Origin: Candidatus Parcubacteria bacterium
GTDB lineage: Bacteria; Patescibacteriota; Minisyncoccia; Phycocordibacterales; CAIZLB01
Length of the DNA: 64,000 nt
Assembly: GCA_039795775.1 (NCBI GenBank)
Contig: JBDKLC010000006.1
Span: forward strand, 3,772 to 67,771
Direction: 5' to 3'
Position numbers and translations under genes: made by a program. Shown here in pieces: positions 35,128 to 43,869 of this stretch; the first letter of the stretch is position 1; the number at the start of each line of letters is the position of its first letter. The notes beneath the pieces were generated by a model. It was not told the origin of the DNA and ran no database searches. It saw only the letters and a program-made list of their open reading frames with translations.

Positions 35128-36372
35128 TTAGTATATCAAATATGTTTCTTTAAGATGCTGAATTGCTTTGTATGCTTCATCAATTCTACTTTTCGAAATA
35201 GCTCCTGCTTTCACTTGATCAAATACAATCTTACGTGCATCAAAAAACTCTCGAGGATTATACATTCCAATATTATTTGAAATCACCAATATATCTACAC
35301 CTGCATTTATCGCTCTTGTAAGAGCTTCTTTTTTTCCATAAAGCTTTGTGATAGCTCCCATATCCATATCATCTGATACTACCACTTGTGTCGTACATCC
35401 AGCGTCTTTCTTTAGTACATCAATATGCTTTTTTGAAAGTGTTGTTGGGTATTGTGCATCTACATTTTTGTTAAAGAGATGTCCCACCATTACCATTGGT
35501 ACACCCGCACTGCATGCTGATTTGAAGGGCTCCAACTCGTATGCCTTGTACGAAGAAGATATATCAACAAAACCTAAGTGTGTGTCAGCTTGTGAACTTC
35601 CATGCCCAGGAAAATGCTTCACTGCACTTATGATTCCCTGTTTTTGTAAACCACGATAGAAAGCTAGGCCTTTTGATACAACAACTTGTTCATCACTCGA
35701 AAACGATCTGTCTACTTTTCCAATCACTGGATTCGAAGGGTTAACGTTTACATCCAATACTGGTGCAAAGTTCATATTAAAACCGAGCTTCTTGAGAGTA
35801 CTGGCAAGATCAGATGCTGTTTGTTCTACCTTAGCATCTGACATTGTACCGAGTGCCTTTGCAGATGGAGTCTTTGTATACCCAGGTATAGACTTTAGTC
35901 GGCTCACAAGACCTCCTTCTTCATCAATAGCAACTATGAGTTTATGTTTAGCTTTTGCTTGTGCATCGCTAATAAGCGTTTGTACTTGTGTAAAATCCTG
36001 AATATTTCTTACATATTTTTTTGAGGGTGTATCGTAATCAAACAAAATAATTCCTCCAAGATTTGTTTCAGCCAACGCACGTTTCAGCTCAGGCGAATTT
36101 GAGTACTCGACTCCTCTAAATCCAATAATGAAAAGCTGATCAATTTTTGATAAAAGTTCTGCATCATCTTTTGCTCCTGATGAAATAGGTACGGATGTAG
36201 TTGCCGTAGATGAAGAAGCCATACTTCCTGTTGAAGGTATATATGCTATAGAGTCGATGATAGATCGGTCTTTGTCACGATATACAGCATATGCAGTTGC
36301 TATACCAACAAGCAACCCAACTATAAAAAGAGTTACCGCACCTTGTTTTTTTATAAATAAAATGAGACTCAC
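35128..36372 (-). CDS. Membrane-anchored GH3 beta-N-acetylhexosaminidase (NagZ-like)
   Basis: IDEEGGLVSRL, NFAPVLD, KHFPGHGSSQADTH, SDDMDMGA; N-terminal TM. Confidence 0.9.
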   Translation of the reverse strand: MSLILFIKKQGAVTLFIVGLLVGIATAYAVYRDKDRSIIDSIAYIPSTGSMASSSTATTSVPISSGAKDDAELLSKIDQLFIIGFRGVEYSNSPELKRALAETNLGGIILFDYDTPSKKYVRNIQDFTQVQTLISDAQAKAKHKLIVAIDEEGGLVSRLKSIPGYTKTPSAKALGTMSDAKVEQTASDLASTLKKLGFNMNFAPVLDVNVNPSNPVIGKVDRSFSSDEQVVVSKGLAFYRGLQKQGIISAVKHFPGHGSSQADTHLGFVDISSSYKAYELEPFKSACSAGVPMVMVGHLFNKNVDAQYPTTLSKKHIDVLKKDAGCTTQVVVSDDMDMGAITKLYGKKEALTRAINAGVDILVISNNIGMYNPREFFDARKIVFDQVKAGAISKSRIDEAYKAIQHLKETYLIY

Positions 36373-36382
36373 AAAAATACTG

Positions 36383-36871
36383 TTATTGAGTAAAACTCGA
36401 TACCATATATTTAAACAGCTTTTCTACTCGATCAGTTTTTGAAATTTCATCTTTAAAGAACACCATAGCAGTGAAATCTTTTCCGAGATCTGCAGTCATA
36501 CGAGCAGTTATACCATTACAGAGATTTTTGATAGCAACACTCTTCCCCATCACATCTACACTTTCATCGTTGCCACAATTTTTCCATTCAGGACCATTTA
36601 CGATCGGAGATTTTGAAACGATGATGGAGTACGTATTATCAACAGACTGAAAAATCGCTTTAGCATTTTGATCAGCTAGAACACGAATATCGCTTGGAAA
36701 CTGAATTGAGTATATAGTGCCTTTAATGTCATGCTCTTTCCACTTTGGAGCATTTTCAGTTATATCGACATCCTGAGGTCCCGTGTGTGTGACAGATTTG
36801 TAAAGAAATACTGATCCCGCAGAAATGATAATGATTGCAATCGCCAAAATAATAGTGAGTTTTGTATCCAT
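36383..36871 (-). CDS. N-terminally anchored hypothetical protein
   Basis: Single N-terminal TM; TATACT-N6-ATG. Confidence 0.7.
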   Translation of the reverse strand: MDTKLTIILAIAIIIISAGSVFLYKSVTHTGPQDVDITENAPKWKEHDIKGTIYSIQFPSDIRVLADQNAKAIFQSVDNTYSIIVSKSPIVNGPEWKNCGNDESVDVMGKSVAIKNLCNGITARMTADLGKDFTAMVFFKDEISKTDRVEKLFKYMVSSFTQ

Positions 36872-36893
36872 GCGATTAGTATATCAATTTCAC

Positions 36894-37484
36894 TTAAATT
36901 TTGATAACCAGTCCATCTTTTAACTCAAAGATAAATGTTTTTGATACTCCTGTTTCTTCATCATGCATCACTACAGCGATAGCATCGTTGGGTGCGGTGA
37001 TAGAATCTACAATAATACCTGACCCAAGCTCTCTACTACCAAAGATCTCTACTTTATTATTCTCTTTTGTAAATACAAAAAGATGAGTTGTTGTACCGGT
37101 TGTTGCACATACACTCTTGAGAATTGCGAGTGCATACACTTTTTTATTTATCTTTGCATTGAGCAAATACCCAGAACCTGGAGTAGTTGTATCTATCGTA
37201 TTTTGACATGGCTCAGGCGCATCTTGGCGAGCAGCGAGTGCTATCGGGCCAACCATAATGTCTTTTAGGACAAACAGTGACGAGGTAGCTTGTGTCGTAG
37301 TTGCTACTACTGTGGTTGTTACAACTGCAGGAGTTGTAGTTGCTTTGAGTTGTTCGACTGTCTCTGTCAGTACTGCTGTCTCTGGATTTCTATTTTGCAC
37401 AACAATAGACGCAATCGCTGTACCGATAATAAGAGTAAGCACCACCGCAAGTACGATTCCAATAAACCCTTGTTGTGTTTTCAT
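36894..37484 (-). CDS. Hypothetical protein with pilin-like N-terminus and Thr-rich linker
   Basis: MKTQQG|FIGIVLAVVLTLIIG resembles a class III signal peptide but lacks E5. Confidence 0.6.
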   Translation of the reverse strand: MKTQQGFIGIVLAVVLTLIIGTAIASIVVQNRNPETAVLTETVEQLKATTTPAVVTTTVVATTTQATSSLFVLKDIMVGPIALAARQDAPEPCQNTIDTTTPGSGYLLNAKINKKVYALAILKSVCATTGTTTHLFVFTKENNKVEIFGSRELGSGIIVDSITAPNDAIAVVMHDEETGVSKTFIFELKDGLVIKI

Positions 37485-37508
37485 ATACCCAAATTATAGC
37501 AAACTGTA

Positions 37509-38000
37509 CTAACTACTACACTGCTCGTACGTAGCAACTATGTGCGTATCTGTAATATCGAATGTGTAATAGAGGTCAGACTTATGAGCACCTTCTTTGT
37601 ATTCTCTTTCATAACCAGCAAGCTGCCGTGTAAAGCCATCAATAAGCTGTGCACTCCCTTTAAACACACCGTCTTCACAAGTAAAGTTTTTTGTATTGTT
37701 ATCCAATATCAATGTTCGAATACGTGGACTTTGATTTACAAATCTCATTTCATTGCCACCTGGAGTCCACTTTGGATTATTAGTGAGAACATCAAGATCG
37801 ATAGACCACGATGCATCCCCTACTTTTTTAATTGTTGTAACAATTGCTGGTGTTTGTACAAATATCTGTTGTTCAGACAGTTCTCCCTGAACAGGTGTTG
37901 CCTTTTCTTGTCGTTGAGTTTGTGGACCTTGGGCTATGAGCCAGATAACAAGTACCGTAAGTACCATCGCAATGATCGTTTTGTAATTGATGAATTTCAT
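37509..38000 (-). CDS. N-terminally anchored hypothetical protein
   Basis: One TM followed by a soluble domain. Confidence 0.65.
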   Translation of the reverse strand: MKFINYKTIIAMVLTVLVIWLIAQGPQTQRQEKATPVQGELSEQQIFVQTPAIVTTIKKVGDASWSIDLDVLTNNPKWTPGGNEMRFVNQSPRIRTLILDNNTKNFTCEDGVFKGSAQLIDGFTRQLAGYEREYKEGAHKSDLYYTFDITDTHIVATYEQCSS

Positions 38001-38028
38001 AGATATATCTAAGATAGCAAACTATTCT

Positions 38029-38814
38029 CTATACTTCACATACAGCATCTTCAGACAAATCAAATCCATCAACTCTCCATGAACTATCTTTACCTTCATG
38101 ATCGCTTTCTTTTGAAAGTTGAATAAGAATAGGTGCTTCTTCACCGTCTGGTGTAACAAATGATCCACACACGACAGCATCATTGTTTTTAATCTGAACT
38201 GAATTAAATGATGTACTTGTCGCTCCTGCAAATCTACCATTTGCATATTCCACGAAATCTTCCTCTGTCCCATGGTCTTTAAACATATCTGATGACTCAA
38301 CAAACGCTTCATGAATATTTCCAGTCGAAACATCTGTCATAAATTTTTCTGCAACCACAGATGGACTTCCTGCCCCCTTCGTTGCTTGGAAAAGTGAAAC
38401 TCCGGCTGTGGCAACAAACGTCACCATGAGCAATAACCAGATTCCAACGAAGATAAGAGCAATTTTATCTAACAATCGCTGTCGTTTTTCGAACTGTGCA
38501 AAATCTTTCCATTCCCCTGTCTCCCATGACATTTTTCTTCCTCTGAAAACTCCTTTGAAGTAGAAATAAATATTAACAAACGGAATACACATTAATATAC
38601 CTGGAACAATAAGATGGGTAGCAAAAAAGTAGATAGGCTGAAAAAAGATTGCGGCCCACGAAAACCGTTTTACAAAAGCTGCCTGTTCAGGAGTAAGAGC
38701 TGGTGTTGGTGATGAAGTAGGCACCTGTGTTGCAGCTGGTGAGGGAGCAGGTGTTGGTGCTACAGGAGTTGGTTGAGGTTCTACAGCCGGTGTTTGTTGT
38801 GCGTTTGGTTCCAT
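38029..38814 (-). CDS. Membrane protein with Pro-rich N-terminus and C-terminal extracellular domain
   Basis: PAP-rich head; FSWAAIFF..GRKMSW..QR TM module; AEKFMTDVSTGNIHEAF..WRVDGF domain. Confidence 0.7.
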   Translation of the reverse strand: MEPNAQQTPAVEPQPTPVAPTPAPSPAATQVPTSSPTPALTPEQAAFVKRFSWAAIFFQPIYFFATHLIVPGILMCIPFVNIYFYFKGVFRGRKMSWETGEWKDFAQFEKRQRLLDKIALIFVGIWLLLMVTFVATAGVSLFQATKGAGSPSVVAEKFMTDVSTGNIHEAFVESSDMFKDHGTEEDFVEYANGRFAGATSTSFNSVQIKNNDAVVCGSFVTPDGEEAPILIQLSKESDHEGKDSSWRVDGFDLSEDAVCEV

Positions 38815-38879
38815 AAATATGTATATTGAAATTAATGCATATATTGTACTACAAATTTATATCCAGTATATATCTTGAT

Positions 38880-39173
38880 CTAGATACCTGAGTGCGGAGT
38901 CTGTGGAGGTGGAGGTACTGTCGGATGAGAAACGATACCAAAGTATATTTTTTTTCTAAAAATAACGGTCAGGGTAATGTTTATAACTAGAGCAGCAATA
39001 AGAAATAGATCTTCAGTTGAGTCAGGCATATCTGTTACCGCTACGACTTCAATCAAACCTATTATCAAACCTGCAACAAAACACCATATAAAATAATACA
39101 AAATAAACACAGCTATATTTATCAGGCTTACTACTATTCTCTTTAATGCTGGTGGTGGGGTTATTTTTTCCAT
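38880..39173 (-). CDS. Small membrane protein
   Basis: Two long hydrophobic stretches. Confidence 0.6.
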   Translation of the reverse strand: MEKITPPPALKRIVVSLINIAVFILYYFIWCFVAGLIIGLIEVVAVTDMPDSTEDLFLIAALVINITLTVIFRKKIYFGIVSHPTVPPPPQTPHSGI

Positions 39174-39251
39174 ATACTTAAATAATACTATAGTTATTCA
39201 ATCTTTACATTATTTGTTGATGGTTCAGACCTTTACGATAGTCTAACTGAA

Positions 39252-39746
39252 TTAGACCTCTTCTTTAAAAGAATCAATAATCGATGTCGTAATCTCTTGC
39301 TTTCGAAGGTAACTACCTGGCAAAGAAACATTAAATTCAATACTAGTTCCCTGCTTAGGTAATCTAAACGTTAGCGTGTCTTCATCTTCAGAAAGATAAT
39401 ATCTTATACCGTTAGTATTACTTTTTTGTTTTTCCCAATAATCAGCTGGTACTTTTATTGATATCTCTTTCCAATCAACATACGCACTTAAAGGCCCATC
39501 AAAATATGAGCGAGGTTCTCTATAGCTTATTGAGCTTGAACTTACTCGTATTTCTTTTCTTTTACCCAAACTAGGATAATTGAAGCTAAAACTTGGTTTT
39601 ACATTTTTATACTGAAAGAAACTTGGATTCTCGCGTTGTATAAATGCAGGAAAAACTCCACCGTTATACATATACACACCTACAATTAGAATGAGCACAC
39701 TACCTAGTGCAAGTACAACTCTCCATACACCATTTGATGATTTCAT
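39252..39746 (-). CDS. N-terminally anchored hypothetical protein (PsbP-like start motif)
   Basis: TM then YKNVKPSFSFNYP; ends IIDSFK. Confidence 0.6.
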   Translation of the reverse strand: MKSSNGVWRVVLALGSVLILIVGVYMYNGGVFPAFIQRENPSFFQYKNVKPSFSFNYPSLGKRKEIRVSSSSISYREPRSYFDGPLSAYVDWKEISIKVPADYWEKQKSNTNGIRYYLSEDEDTLTFRLPKQGTSIEFNVSLPGSYLRKQEITTSIIDSFKEEV

Positions 39747-39792
39747 ATCTGTAAATAGTACCATGACTCTTTACTCAACTTTATATATAAAA

Positions 39793-39820
39793 GAAAAAAC
39801 AGGCTATTGCCTGTTTTTTC
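39793..39820 (-). terminator. Terminator hairpin after the duplicated tRNA-Asp end
   Basis: GAAAAAACAGGC-TATT-GCCTGTTTTTTC. Confidence 0.8.
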
Positions 39821-39824
39821 AAAT

Positions 39825-39942
39825 GCGCGGTGAATGGGACTTGGTCACAGGTCTCGCCGACATGCGGCTCGCCTGCGACCCCGCCTCCTTCGTAGCAATT
39901 CGCTTCGCTCATATAGCTACTTCAGTCCGGCTTTCAAGTCCC
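39825..39942 (-). repeat. tRNA-associated structured element, Asp copy, ending in a 19-nt duplicate of the tRNA-Asp 3' end
   Basis: GGGACTTGAAAGCCGGA...GAGGCGGGGTCGCAGG...CCTGTGACC-AAGTCCCATTCACCGCGC; 39825-39843 is identical to 39999-40017. Confidence 0.85.
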
Positions 39943-39957
39943 TGTATCAACTCGTAG

Positions 39958-39996
39958 AAAATTAAAAGACCGAGCAGAAGCTCGATCTTTTAATTT
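39958..39996 (-). terminator. Terminator-like hairpin after tRNA-Asp
   Basis: AAAATTAAAAGACCGAGC-AGAA-GCTCGATCTTTTAATTT. Confidence 0.75.
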
Positions 39997-40073
39997 TGGC
40001 GCGGTGAATGGGACTTGAACCCACGACCTCTCCCGTGACAGGGGAGCGCTCTAACCAGCTGAGCTACCACCGC
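39997..40073 (-). tRNA. tRNA-Asp(GUC)
   Basis: GCGGTGGTAGCTCAGCTGGTTAGAGCGCTCCCCT-GTC-ACGGGAGAGGTCGTGGGTTCAAGTCCCATTCACCGCGCCA. Confidence 0.96.
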
Positions 40074-40177
40074 ATGCGTTTATATCTCTATATACCAGAC
40101 AATACCCAAAAGGTATAGACTGTTTCGATATTATACATAAAATTCGGTATTTTCAAAGTATTCAAAGTAATAAAATG

Positions 40178-40216
40178 AAAAGCGCCGGCCCACGTCGAAG
40201 ACGTGTGGCCGGCGCC
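40178..40216 (-). terminator. Terminator after the 40281-41468 gene
   Basis: GCGCCGGCC..CACGTC-GAA-GACGTG..GGCCGGCGC with a U-tract on the minus strand. Confidence 0.7.
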
Positions 40217-40280
40217 TGATATTCACAGCAATATGCTCAGACTCCCCTGAGGAAGCCTCTGTTGGTTTTCGGTAAGCGGA

Positions 40281-41468
40281 CTACCCTTCCTTCTTCGGCG
40301 TTTTGCCGACGAACCGGATTGGCGGGCAAACCACCGTGGGTTTTTCCGAGTAGTAGTTCGGGCGGACCCAGTATCCAAACGAGTTAATCCAGATCATCTG
40401 ATCAGGGCGGAAGGTCAGAGAAACCAACGGTGGATTATTCTTGTCGTAGGTGCCAAATCGCCCCGTAAACTTGAAAGTCGTCGTTCCCTTGTCGAACTGC
40501 AGTGTGAGGCCTTTGAAGAGCACCTTAACGCGCCCCTCCGAAAGCTTAAACTGTGGCTTCACAGGTTTCGTGCCTTGGACGATGACGTTGTTGTCATCGA
40601 CGATTCGCACATCAACCAGACCGGCGAAGACTTTGGGGTCTTCGGTGTTCGAGACAAGCTCGAACTCCGGGTCGGTAACGGAGATTGCAGTCCCAGTTAC
40701 CTCGACAGACAGAGCGCCAAGCACAACAGGTTTGTTCGACGACACGATGGTCGGCGAAATATTTTGTTGTGCACTGACCACCACTCGCCCATATTGATAG
40801 CTATTGGGACCAACGCGGTGTTCGTTGCCATACATGACCGCGTCATACATCCAGCTGATCTCTGTGTTTTCATCGACGTCCAGATAGGACACCCACGACC
40901 GGAAATTCGTGCCAGTATACTGCCACGAGTTGAAGCTGACATGAGCATACACGACGTATGTCTTCTGAGCCGTAGCCGAAAAGACGAGATCGTTTTCGAT
41001 CGGGATTCGCGCATACTGCGTCACTGGTTCCACAGATGGAACCGGGACTTCAATGTATGCCAGGCCAACGCCGACAGGAACCGTAGTTGTTTGTTGATAG
41101 GGCAAGTTGAGATGCCCTACGACGCGGCTGCGGATGTTGTGGTAGGATTTAACACCTCCCGCTTTATCCGTAACATACGTCACGGTATCCTCCTCCGAGA
41201 CGACCATGAGCTGGTCGACGACGTTCGGCATGGATTCCAAGCCGATGTTGATGGCGTTGACTGACGAGGGTCCGCTTCCCTTTTCAAAGAGAATGCGGAG
41301 CACTTCGTGATAGGTGCCACCATATACGGTGGAACTTTCCGCTTGCGTGCCATTGACGACACGAAGCGTGCTGTTGGCGACGGCCGCGAACGGCGAAGCC
41401 AAGGTTACGAGGGCTGCGATGATCAGCGCAATGAAAGCGCTGAGGTTGACTTTGGGTTTTTTCTGCAT
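40281..41468 (-). CDS. Exported beta-rich hypothetical protein (GC-richer codon usage)
   Basis: Signal peptide-like N-terminus; Val/Thr-rich beta strands. Confidence 0.75.
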   Translation of the reverse strand: MQKKPKVNLSAFIALIIAALVTLASPFAAVANSTLRVVNGTQAESSTVYGGTYHEVLRILFEKGSGPSSVNAINIGLESMPNVVDQLMVVSEEDTVTYVTDKAGGVKSYHNIRSRVVGHLNLPYQQTTTVPVGVGLAYIEVPVPSVEPVTQYARIPIENDLVFSATAQKTYVVYAHVSFNSWQYTGTNFRSWVSYLDVDENTEISWMYDAVMYGNEHRVGPNSYQYGRVVVSAQQNISPTIVSSNKPVVLGALSVEVTGTAISVTDPEFELVSNTEDPKVFAGLVDVRIVDDNNVIVQGTKPVKPQFKLSEGRVKVLFKGLTLQFDKGTTTFKFTGRFGTYDKNNPPLVSLTFRPDQMIWINSFGYWVRPNYYSEKPTVVCPPIRFVGKTPKKEG

Positions 41469-41735
41469 GATAAAAAACCGGCTTGGAGCCGGCGGTTGTT
41501 AGTTAACTTTGGGTTATACGTTTTGAAACGCCCAAGATTATCCACGACAGCTCCGAGCAATTGCTATGAAGTTGTAAAGGACAATAAAAAACCGCCATTC
41601 GGCGACTTACTTGAGCTGTATATATAATAGCACAAATGTGTATAAATGTAAATAGTACTATTTAAAGCATTGTTATAGACGTATTTTGACTAATCCACAC
41701 CACACCTTGACAACAGTTGACATGTGTCCTAATAT
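41469..41735. promoter_or_regulatory. Divergent promoter region with a structured leftward leader
   Basis: Minus strand: TTTACA(41652-41647)-N17-TATTAT(41629-41624), then two hairpin+U6 motifs. Plus strand: TTGACA(41707-41712)-N17-TAATAT(41730-41735). Confidence 0.55.
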
Positions 41736-42053
41736 ATCTGGAGTAGGTTGTTGAACCTACATCGATTGAAAATTAAAGTTAGTAAACCCGGTCACACGGT
41801 TCCGCGGCGAAGTATACGACCCTCCCTTCCAAGGTCATTCTTCGCTCCTCAAACAAGTTTGGAAATCTATTTTGTAAATTTGTAGAGTGATAGCTCGCGA
41901 ATAATTGATAGTCTTTAGCTGCTATGCCATTTTGCATACACTTACGTTATTTTACGCGTACATTCAGCTGAAGAGTATCGGTTCTCTCTCAGTACAGATA
42001 CCGAAAGGTTCTGTTCTTAATCGAGGTATATAGCACATCACAATTACATAGGC

Positions 42054-42389
42054 ATGAAAAAAACCACAGTCATCAACTTGAGTCTCGTCTCAGTCGTCGC
42101 GCTTGCTTTGGCGGGATGCGATAGCAAACCCCAAGCACAAAACGATGATCTTGAGAAAGATCCAAATAAAGAAGCTCAACCCACACCTACCCCTACTCCT
42201 GCACCTTCCACTGCCGGTAACGGCTGGTGGTTCTGGAATAGCGGATCACACTCCGGCGTTTCCTCAGGAAGCGGAGTAACATCAGGTAGCGGAAACAGCG
42301 CCCCTTCGAGTGTCGGAAAATCTTCCGGCTCTTCCATCAGCCGCGGAGGCTTCGGTGGGTCTGCCCATGGTGGCAGCGTTGGTGCGTAA
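42054..42389 (+). CDS. YgiB/DUF1190-like small lipoprotein
   Basis: Lipobox ALAGC; Gly/Ser-rich tail ending ISRGGFGGS; directly upstream of a GSP-synthase-family gene. Confidence 0.7.
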   Translation: MKKTTVINLSLVSVVALALAGCDSKPQAQNDDLEKDPNKEAQPTPTPTPAPSTAGNGWWFWNSGSHSGVSSGSGVTSGSGNSAPSSVGKSSGSSISRGGFGGSAHGGSVGA

Positions 42390-42431
42390 TGCACAACACA
42401 CAATCAACAACCAAAGAAAGGAATACACGAA

Positions 42432-43571
42432 TTGAAACGCATTGCAACGGAACCTCGCCAAGAGTGGCGACAAAAAGTAGAAGAAGCAGGTCTCATTTTT
42501 CACACGACGCCGGAAGGTGTCTACTGGAATGAGGCAGCTCACTACTCGTTCAGTATGGGTGAGGTCCTAATGCTCGAACAAGTAACCAACGACCTTCACG
42601 CCATGTGCCTTCAAGCGGCACAACACGTGATCGACAAAAACCTCTTTGCCCAACTGGGCATTCCTCCGAATGCGGCGGAACTCATCAAAGAAACATGGGA
42701 AGAGGAACCGCCTGCCATTTATGGGCGATTCGATCTCGCATACGACGGCATTCATCCGCCGAAAATGCTGGAATACAACGCTGACACACCGACAAGCCTT
42801 TTAGAGGCAGCGGTGGTGCAGTGGTTCTGGCTTCAAGAGCTTGATCCTGGAAGTTTGGCACAATTCAACTCAATTCATGAGCGACTCGTCGCAAAATGGA
42901 AAGAACTAAAAAGCTACATCAAGGGTTCAACACTCTATTTTGGCCACGCGGGAACGCACGAGGATATTATGACCATTGCCTACATCGCTAACACGGCGAT
43001 GGAAGCTGGTATTCATACGCAAGAAATTGCGATGAAAGATATTGGCTGGGAACGCCAACGTCATCACTTTGTCGACCTCAGTGGTCGGCAGATTGGAAGT
43101 ATCTTCAAGCTCTACCCGTGGGAGTGGCTTGTCCATGAAGAATTCGCACCGCAGCTCTCTGAGTCGCGCAAGAAAACACAATGGATTGAGCCTGCATGGA
43201 AAATGTTGCTGTCCAACAAAGGGATTCTCCCGATCCTCTGGCAACTTTTTCCCAACCATCCGAATCTGCTTCCCTGCTACTTCGGCGACCCTCATGGAAT
43301 GAAAGACTACGTGCGCAAACCTCTTCTCTCACGAGAAGGTGCAAACGTGGAAATTTACTCTAGCGGGACCATCGTCGAATCGCAGGGTGGTGACTATGGC
43401 GAAGAAGGATATGTGTGCCAAGCGCGCGCAGTTCTTCCTAACTTCAATGGAAATTATCCAGTTATTGGAAGCTGGGTCATTGACGGCGAAGCGGCTGGCA
43501 TGGGAATTCGTGAAGCAGACACCCTGATCACTGGAAACCTGAGCCGTTTCGTGCCTCACCGTATCGACTAG
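42432..43571 (+). CDS. Glutathionylspermidine synthase-family ATP-grasp ligase (YgiC/YjfC-like)
   Basis: YGRFDLAYDG, LEYNADTPTSLLEA, FKLYPWEW, EPAWKMLLSNKGIL, KPLLSREGANV, SRFVPH; TTG start with AAGGA upstream. Confidence 0.92.
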   Translation: MKRIATEPRQEWRQKVEEAGLIFHTTPEGVYWNEAAHYSFSMGEVLMLEQVTNDLHAMCLQAAQHVIDKNLFAQLGIPPNAAELIKETWEEEPPAIYGRFDLAYDGIHPPKMLEYNADTPTSLLEAAVVQWFWLQELDPGSLAQFNSIHERLVAKWKELKSYIKGSTLYFGHAGTHEDIMTIAYIANTAMEAGIHTQEIAMKDIGWERQRHHFVDLSGRQIGSIFKLYPWEWLVHEEFAPQLSESRKKTQWIEPAWKMLLSNKGILPILWQLFPNHPNLLPCYFGDPHGMKDYVRKPLLSREGANVEIYSSGTIVESQGGDYGEEGYVCQARAVLPNFNGNYPVIGSWVIDGEAAGMGIREADTLITGNLSRFVPHRID

Positions 43572-43612
43572 TCGAAAGGCTGTCGTATTCCGAAGAATCG
43601 GAAAAAACAATT

Positions 43613-43644
43613 GGCCGCTCCAGCAATGGAGCGGCCTCTTTTTT
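43613..43644 (+). terminator. Intrinsic terminator
   Basis: GGCCGCTCCA-GCAA-TGGAGCGGCC-TCTTTTTT. Confidence 0.8.
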
Positions 43645-43657
43645 ATTGTTTTTATAT

Positions 43658-43733
43658 TGGTGTCAGGGGTGGGGATCGAACCCACGACCCCAGGCTTATG
43701 AGTCCTGTGCTCTACCGACTGAGCTACCCTGAC
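43658..43733 (-). tRNA. tRNA with CAU anticodon (elongator Met or Ile2)
   Basis: GTCAGGGTAGCTCAGTCGGTAGAGCACAGGACT-CAT-AAGCCTGGGGTCGTGGGTTCGATCCCCACCCCTGACACCA; 1-72 paired; Met vs Ile2 cannot be decided by eye. Confidence 0.93.
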
Positions 43734-43804
43734 ATGTGTGCATACTATAATATATAAGCCGTCTTTTCACAATATTTGGCCACTTGTTCTTTCGTATCCT
43801 GTGT

Positions 43805-43849
43805 ATACATAAAAACACTCTACTGAAAGTCAGCAGAGTGTTTTTATGT
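43805..43849 (-). terminator. Hairpin after the initiator tRNA
   Basis: TACATAAAAACACTCT-ACTGAAAGTCAGC-AGAGTGTTTTTATGTA. Confidence 0.7.
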
Positions 43850-43869
43850 AGTTGCCTACGTAAATCTTG

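Noticed and set aside
40450-41627. Plus-strand ORFs of 106-229 aa antisense to the 395-aa gene
   Set aside because: These are expected stop-poor antisense frames in GC-richer DNA; the minus-strand ORF has the signal peptide, promoter and terminator.
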